Assembly: GCA_000708835.1 (NCBI GenBank)
Contig: DF237075.1
Span: 62,001 to 126,000 of the forward strand
Length of the DNA: 64,000 bases
From: Klebsormidium nitens
Lineage: Eukaryota > Plantae > Klebsormidiophyceae
Reading direction: 5' to 3'
Every line of letters begins with the position of its first letter. Position 1 is the first letter of the stretch. The notes below the pieces were generated by a model. The model worked only from the letters and a program-made list of their open reading frames with translations, ran no database searches and had not been told where the DNA came from. Positions 60,023 through 64,000 of this stretch are shown piece after piece. Position numbers and translations under genes: made by a program.

Positions 60023-63000
60023 CTAATCATCCTCATCGCTGTCCGTCATGACGACTCTCCGACCCCCCGCTTTCTTGCCCGTGCTTTTCCGCGCGGGCGG
60101 TTCTTCAACTTCTTTCGCCCGTTGCTTGGCCCGCTTCTTTTGCTCCTTGGCCTCTTCTTCCGAGTCCTCGTACTTGTCCTCCTCTTCCGAGAAGATGTCC
60201 TCCTCCTCTTCCTCCTCTTCGCTGTCCGTCTCGAGCTCCCTCCCACCTGCACCCAAGAATGGAAAACCCGTCAGCGAAGGCACAGCTTCCGCACGGGCTT
60301 TGCTGCCTCTTTACACAAGGGCTGACTGCGGTTGCAGCTGAGAAACTCGTCACAGAAACTGAATCTGCACAAGGGTCGATGCATTCTGCTTCTGTTCAGA
60401 GCGGCAGACTGTGGCTGCAGCCGGGTTAAAGTCGCCACAGAGACCGAAGTCGCACATGGGTCGATGTCGAATCGCTACACATTGTACCAGCAGCCGTGAA
60501 GCTCCCCTTACCGCCTGCCCCGCTAGTCTTCTGACATCATCCCCTTGCACGAATACATCAACAGCCGTCGAGCTTGGATGAGCTTGTTCAAGCGCATCCT
60601 AAATACGACGTAAGAGCGACACGTGAACCCAAAGTCCACACAGAACCTTCATAGTAACCCAGCTTCGTAACGGGCAAACTAAATAGCGGACCGATCGCTG
60701 CCTCCTTTCGCGCTGCCAGCCCTCACCTCGGCTTTTCTTCCTCGGCGGCTCCCTTGCGGCCGGCCGCGACTCCCGCTTCGCCCGGATGATCCGCTGCTCC
60801 GCCTCCTCTTCGCGCGCCATCCGCTCCTCAAAGTCTCGCCGCCGCCGGTCCGCCCGGCCGCCGCCGTCTTCGTCGTCCTGCCAAGGAGGGCAAACTTGCC
60901 GTCAGCTTACGGAAACCTGCCGACACTGGAGCACGGAAAACCTTCCAGAAAGATTTTAAGGAGGCTTCGACAGAAGCTGCCTCGTCCTGGCGGTCGTTTC
61001 TTGAATGAAGCTTTCTTTCCTTTCGATGCTCGATCAGTTCGCCACACGTGGTTCTGGTGGGCCCTGGGAGTTGAGATGGTCGCAGGGGCAAACCAGAGCG
61101 TTCGAACATAATCGCTGCATTTCCATGCTCGTATGCTCAGACTCTGAGCTATGTCGAGCAGGCCTGATGCGGGGGGAGTGACCAATCGTGCTGTCCACTC
61201 GTTCGGGCATATTTTCACGACATCCGTCTCGATGCATGGAGCCGTCAAAGAGGCGTTTGACATCCGAAGCATCCAACCGCACCCTGGACTTCGAGAATCA
61301 CATACGCCTTGTTGATACTGCTGGTTCAGCTCCAACTCGAAACAAAGTCGTCCACAATCAAATCCCAGGCTTGACGCCTTCCTTTGTCCAAGACACAACC
61401 AATCGTGGGCACGTGTAACCGTCTCACCGACTCCTCCAGCTCCTCCAAATAGTCCGGGTTCAGCGCCCTCGGCGCATCCCTGTCCCTGCTGTACGTATCG
61501 TACTCTCCAGCGAACTTGCGCATGTGCCGGTCCTGCCGCCGCGCCAGGTTCTCTGAGGCCTCCACCCGGTCTTGCTCCGCCTGCGACGCAGAAGGGTTCC
61601 TTCAGAATTTGTCTGCGTGCTGCGGTCCGTCAGTAACCGGAACAAAGAAGACCCACCGCCGAGATAAAGTCGTCTGCCCTTCTCATCGCTTGCTAGAAAA
61701 ACTCGGGAGGAGTCGCTCGGTTGTGCGGTCCTACAGATACTTAGTGTTGACTGGTCCAACGCCGAGGAGACTTCTCGCGTTTTCGTAAAAGAGTGGTCAC
61801 AGACCATTCGACGGGTCAGGCGCCGCTGAATCGGAGGCGCTCCGTTTGCTGAACCTGTTGCAGAAACTCGGCTCCGCTTCGCTCGGCTTCACACTTGCCA
61901 ACGACAATAAGCGGAACGCTCGCGAAAGACTGAAAGCTGCACCCCGTCGTAACGACAAGGACTTTACTGCAACCTTGCCGAAAAGGACCAGGAAAAAAGT
62001 AGCTCTCATGACGCCTTTCAAAAAATAAATAACAAAACTGCTTCAGCGCCAAAGGTCTCTCAATGTTGCTTTCTGTCTTACCAGTTGCCTGCTACTAATG
62101 TCTCACTTTTCTGCTCTTCGGCCAGATCCGCGAACAGCACGCTTGAAATATACACAGTAGTCTATCGAGCCCTCTGCATAAAGTACTTGAAGCCTCGTAG
62201 CAGAAAGTGACTACATCTCCAAATCACCCATTCGACCTTTCGTCGCAGCTTGAAAGCATTTGCATGCTCCACAACACCAATTCTAAGTTCCATAGCGGAA
62301 AGCGACTGCGTGTTCCCCATCGCCCATCTGAACATTCATAGCGGAAAATGACTGCATGCCCCACACGAGTGTCGTCAACGAGATTGACTGCTTGCCCCAC
62401 ATCACCCACTTGGACCACGTGGCGGAGAAATGCGACTACATGCCCCGGTAAATCCGGCTCACCTTTTCCCGCGCCAGTTTCTCCTTCTCGGGGTCCACGG
62501 TGGTGGCGACCGTCTTGACCTTGTACACCTTCTTGTGCTTGCTGTCCACCAGCTGCGTCAGCTTGCGGTGCGACTTGCTGTCCAGGCTGCTCGGCATCAG
62601 CCGCATCTTCCACACCAGCTTGCCCTGACCCTGTAGTAACCCCTGTAACGCAACACACACAAATCTTATTAATTCAGCTCCAAGGAATTCACATAAGCAG
62701 CCTTTGTTCGAAGCTTAAGGAAAATGGCCATGCCCGTCGCTAGAGAGGCCGGGTTTCTGCTCAGCGGCCTTCGTTGCAAGAATTTGGGACCCGTGCCTAT
62801 TCTCAGAGCGGCCAGGAATAGGCTCAATCCGCGCTTCGTCCCGAGGGTTAGAAAACCGTGCCCATTGCTTGAGCGACTGAACTCCTGCTTCCTTGCCCCT
62901 GCGGCGGGTGGTGTGTGCGAGAAGGAAGCATTTGCCGTGCCATCGAGAAAGTAATTTTGATAAAGGCAGGACCGTGGATGCGTCTACTATCATGAAACAA

Positions 63001-63866
63001 GTCGCCCCCAATCGAGGTTTTGGCTGGCCCGCTGGGGTGTTAAGACTCGTCGGACTTACATCGGCAGGCCTGGCAAACAGGCCCCTGACCAATCTGAGAA
63101 CAAGGCTGCTGGCGCTTTCGACTCGTAACTTTCGACACGAGTGAGCGCTGGCGCTTTGAATCAGAAGTTTCCACACAACTCAGAGCTGGTCTGCCCATGA
63201 ACGACGTATATGCAGTGCATACTAGGAGACAACGGTGCAGGCGGAGATTACTAGAATACAAATGATCAGGCGTGTCCAGATCTTCCACAAGCGAGCCCTG
63301 AGTGGGCCTCACCCGTGGGTGTTTGACAAAGAGCTGCGCTTGGTCACCGGCCATGCTCTGCTTCTGCATGTTGAGCACCTCCGTGCCAATCATCAGCTGC
63401 CACGTGCCATCTGACCACTTGACGAAGCGGGCGTTGCTCTCCCTCTGCAGGGAGAACGTGCTCTGAGCTCAGGCGGATTGCACACTGATCAGAGACCAGC
63501 TTGACACTGATTGCAATGGTAGATTGCTCCGATGGAATCTCTTGTCGCCGGCAAACCTCTCTCTTTTCTTGGGAGGCAGCAGCATTAGGATGCAGAATCT
63601 CGCCTCTCTTTCTTTGTGGTCAAGAAGAATTCTTTGAGGTCGTTTTTGGGCAGCAAAAAGAAGGGCACAAGTCGATCTTCCAAGGAGGAGCTCACCTTGA
63701 CATTTCCGTCAGCATCTAGTACTTCCCGCCACCGTGCAATATTGTCGTCAAGGCGTACCCTCTTTAGTCCCTTCTCGTCCAGATAGACTTCGTCCTCGTC
63801 AAAAGTGTCCGGGTCGAAACGCTTGGGCTCGACTGTGAGGATATTCGACGACCGGAGAACAACAAG
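60023..63866 (-). CDS. LEO1: RNA polymerase II-associated Paf1 complex subunit LEO1 (VIP4-like); 5' part lies beyond the window end
   Basis: Exons 63866-63696, 63444-63313, 62642-62463, 61580-61428, 60877-60727, 60246-60023. Motifs VEPKRFDPDTF, NIARWR, ESNARFVKWSDGTWQLMIG, MPSSLDSKSHRKLT, DPEKEK, and an acidic C-terminal tail. Confidence 0.95.
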
Positions 63867-64000
63867 CTGGAAACCAGGAGATCAAAATTAACGACGACAG
63901 GATGTGTCAACCAATGACAACGTTGGTTACAGACGATGAGCTCCGTGATCGGACACCAGATCTTTCAGGCCTCTATGTACATCTGTGTGTCGCACGCTGC

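Overview
This is intron-rich eukaryotic nuclear DNA from a streptophyte green alga or plant-lineage organism. That is supported by a nuclear PYG7, a plastid-type PrxII, CslC and a plant-type PDR transporter; a Klebsormidium-like charophyte is my inference only. I reconstructed spliced models by hand from GT/GC-AG junctions and phase consistency. Genes found: a prolyl oligopeptidase (minus strand, runs off the left edge), an Rdx (SelT/W/H-like) protein, a 28-exon full-size ABCG/PDR transporter (~1641 aa), a type II peroxiredoxin, a possible small TM protein, a multidomain ubiquitin enzyme, a CslC-like glycan synthase, an intron-containing tRNA-Leu(UAG), an O-methyltransferase, PYG7, and LEO1 (runs off the right edge). 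Several non-autonomous inverted-repeat elements lie between genes. Four observations stand out. (1) The PDR has an intact reading frame, degenerate ATPase motifs at both composite sites, and an apparent PDZ domain inserted between NBD1 and TMD1. (2) A 3xNZF-RING1-IBR(SAP-inserted)-BRUCE-type UBC fusion. (3) Recurrent tandem copies of exon ends with their splice sites, which would act as decoy or poison exons. (4) An OMT with a probable N-terminal membrane anchor. No database searches were run, so all family calls rest on motif recognition.
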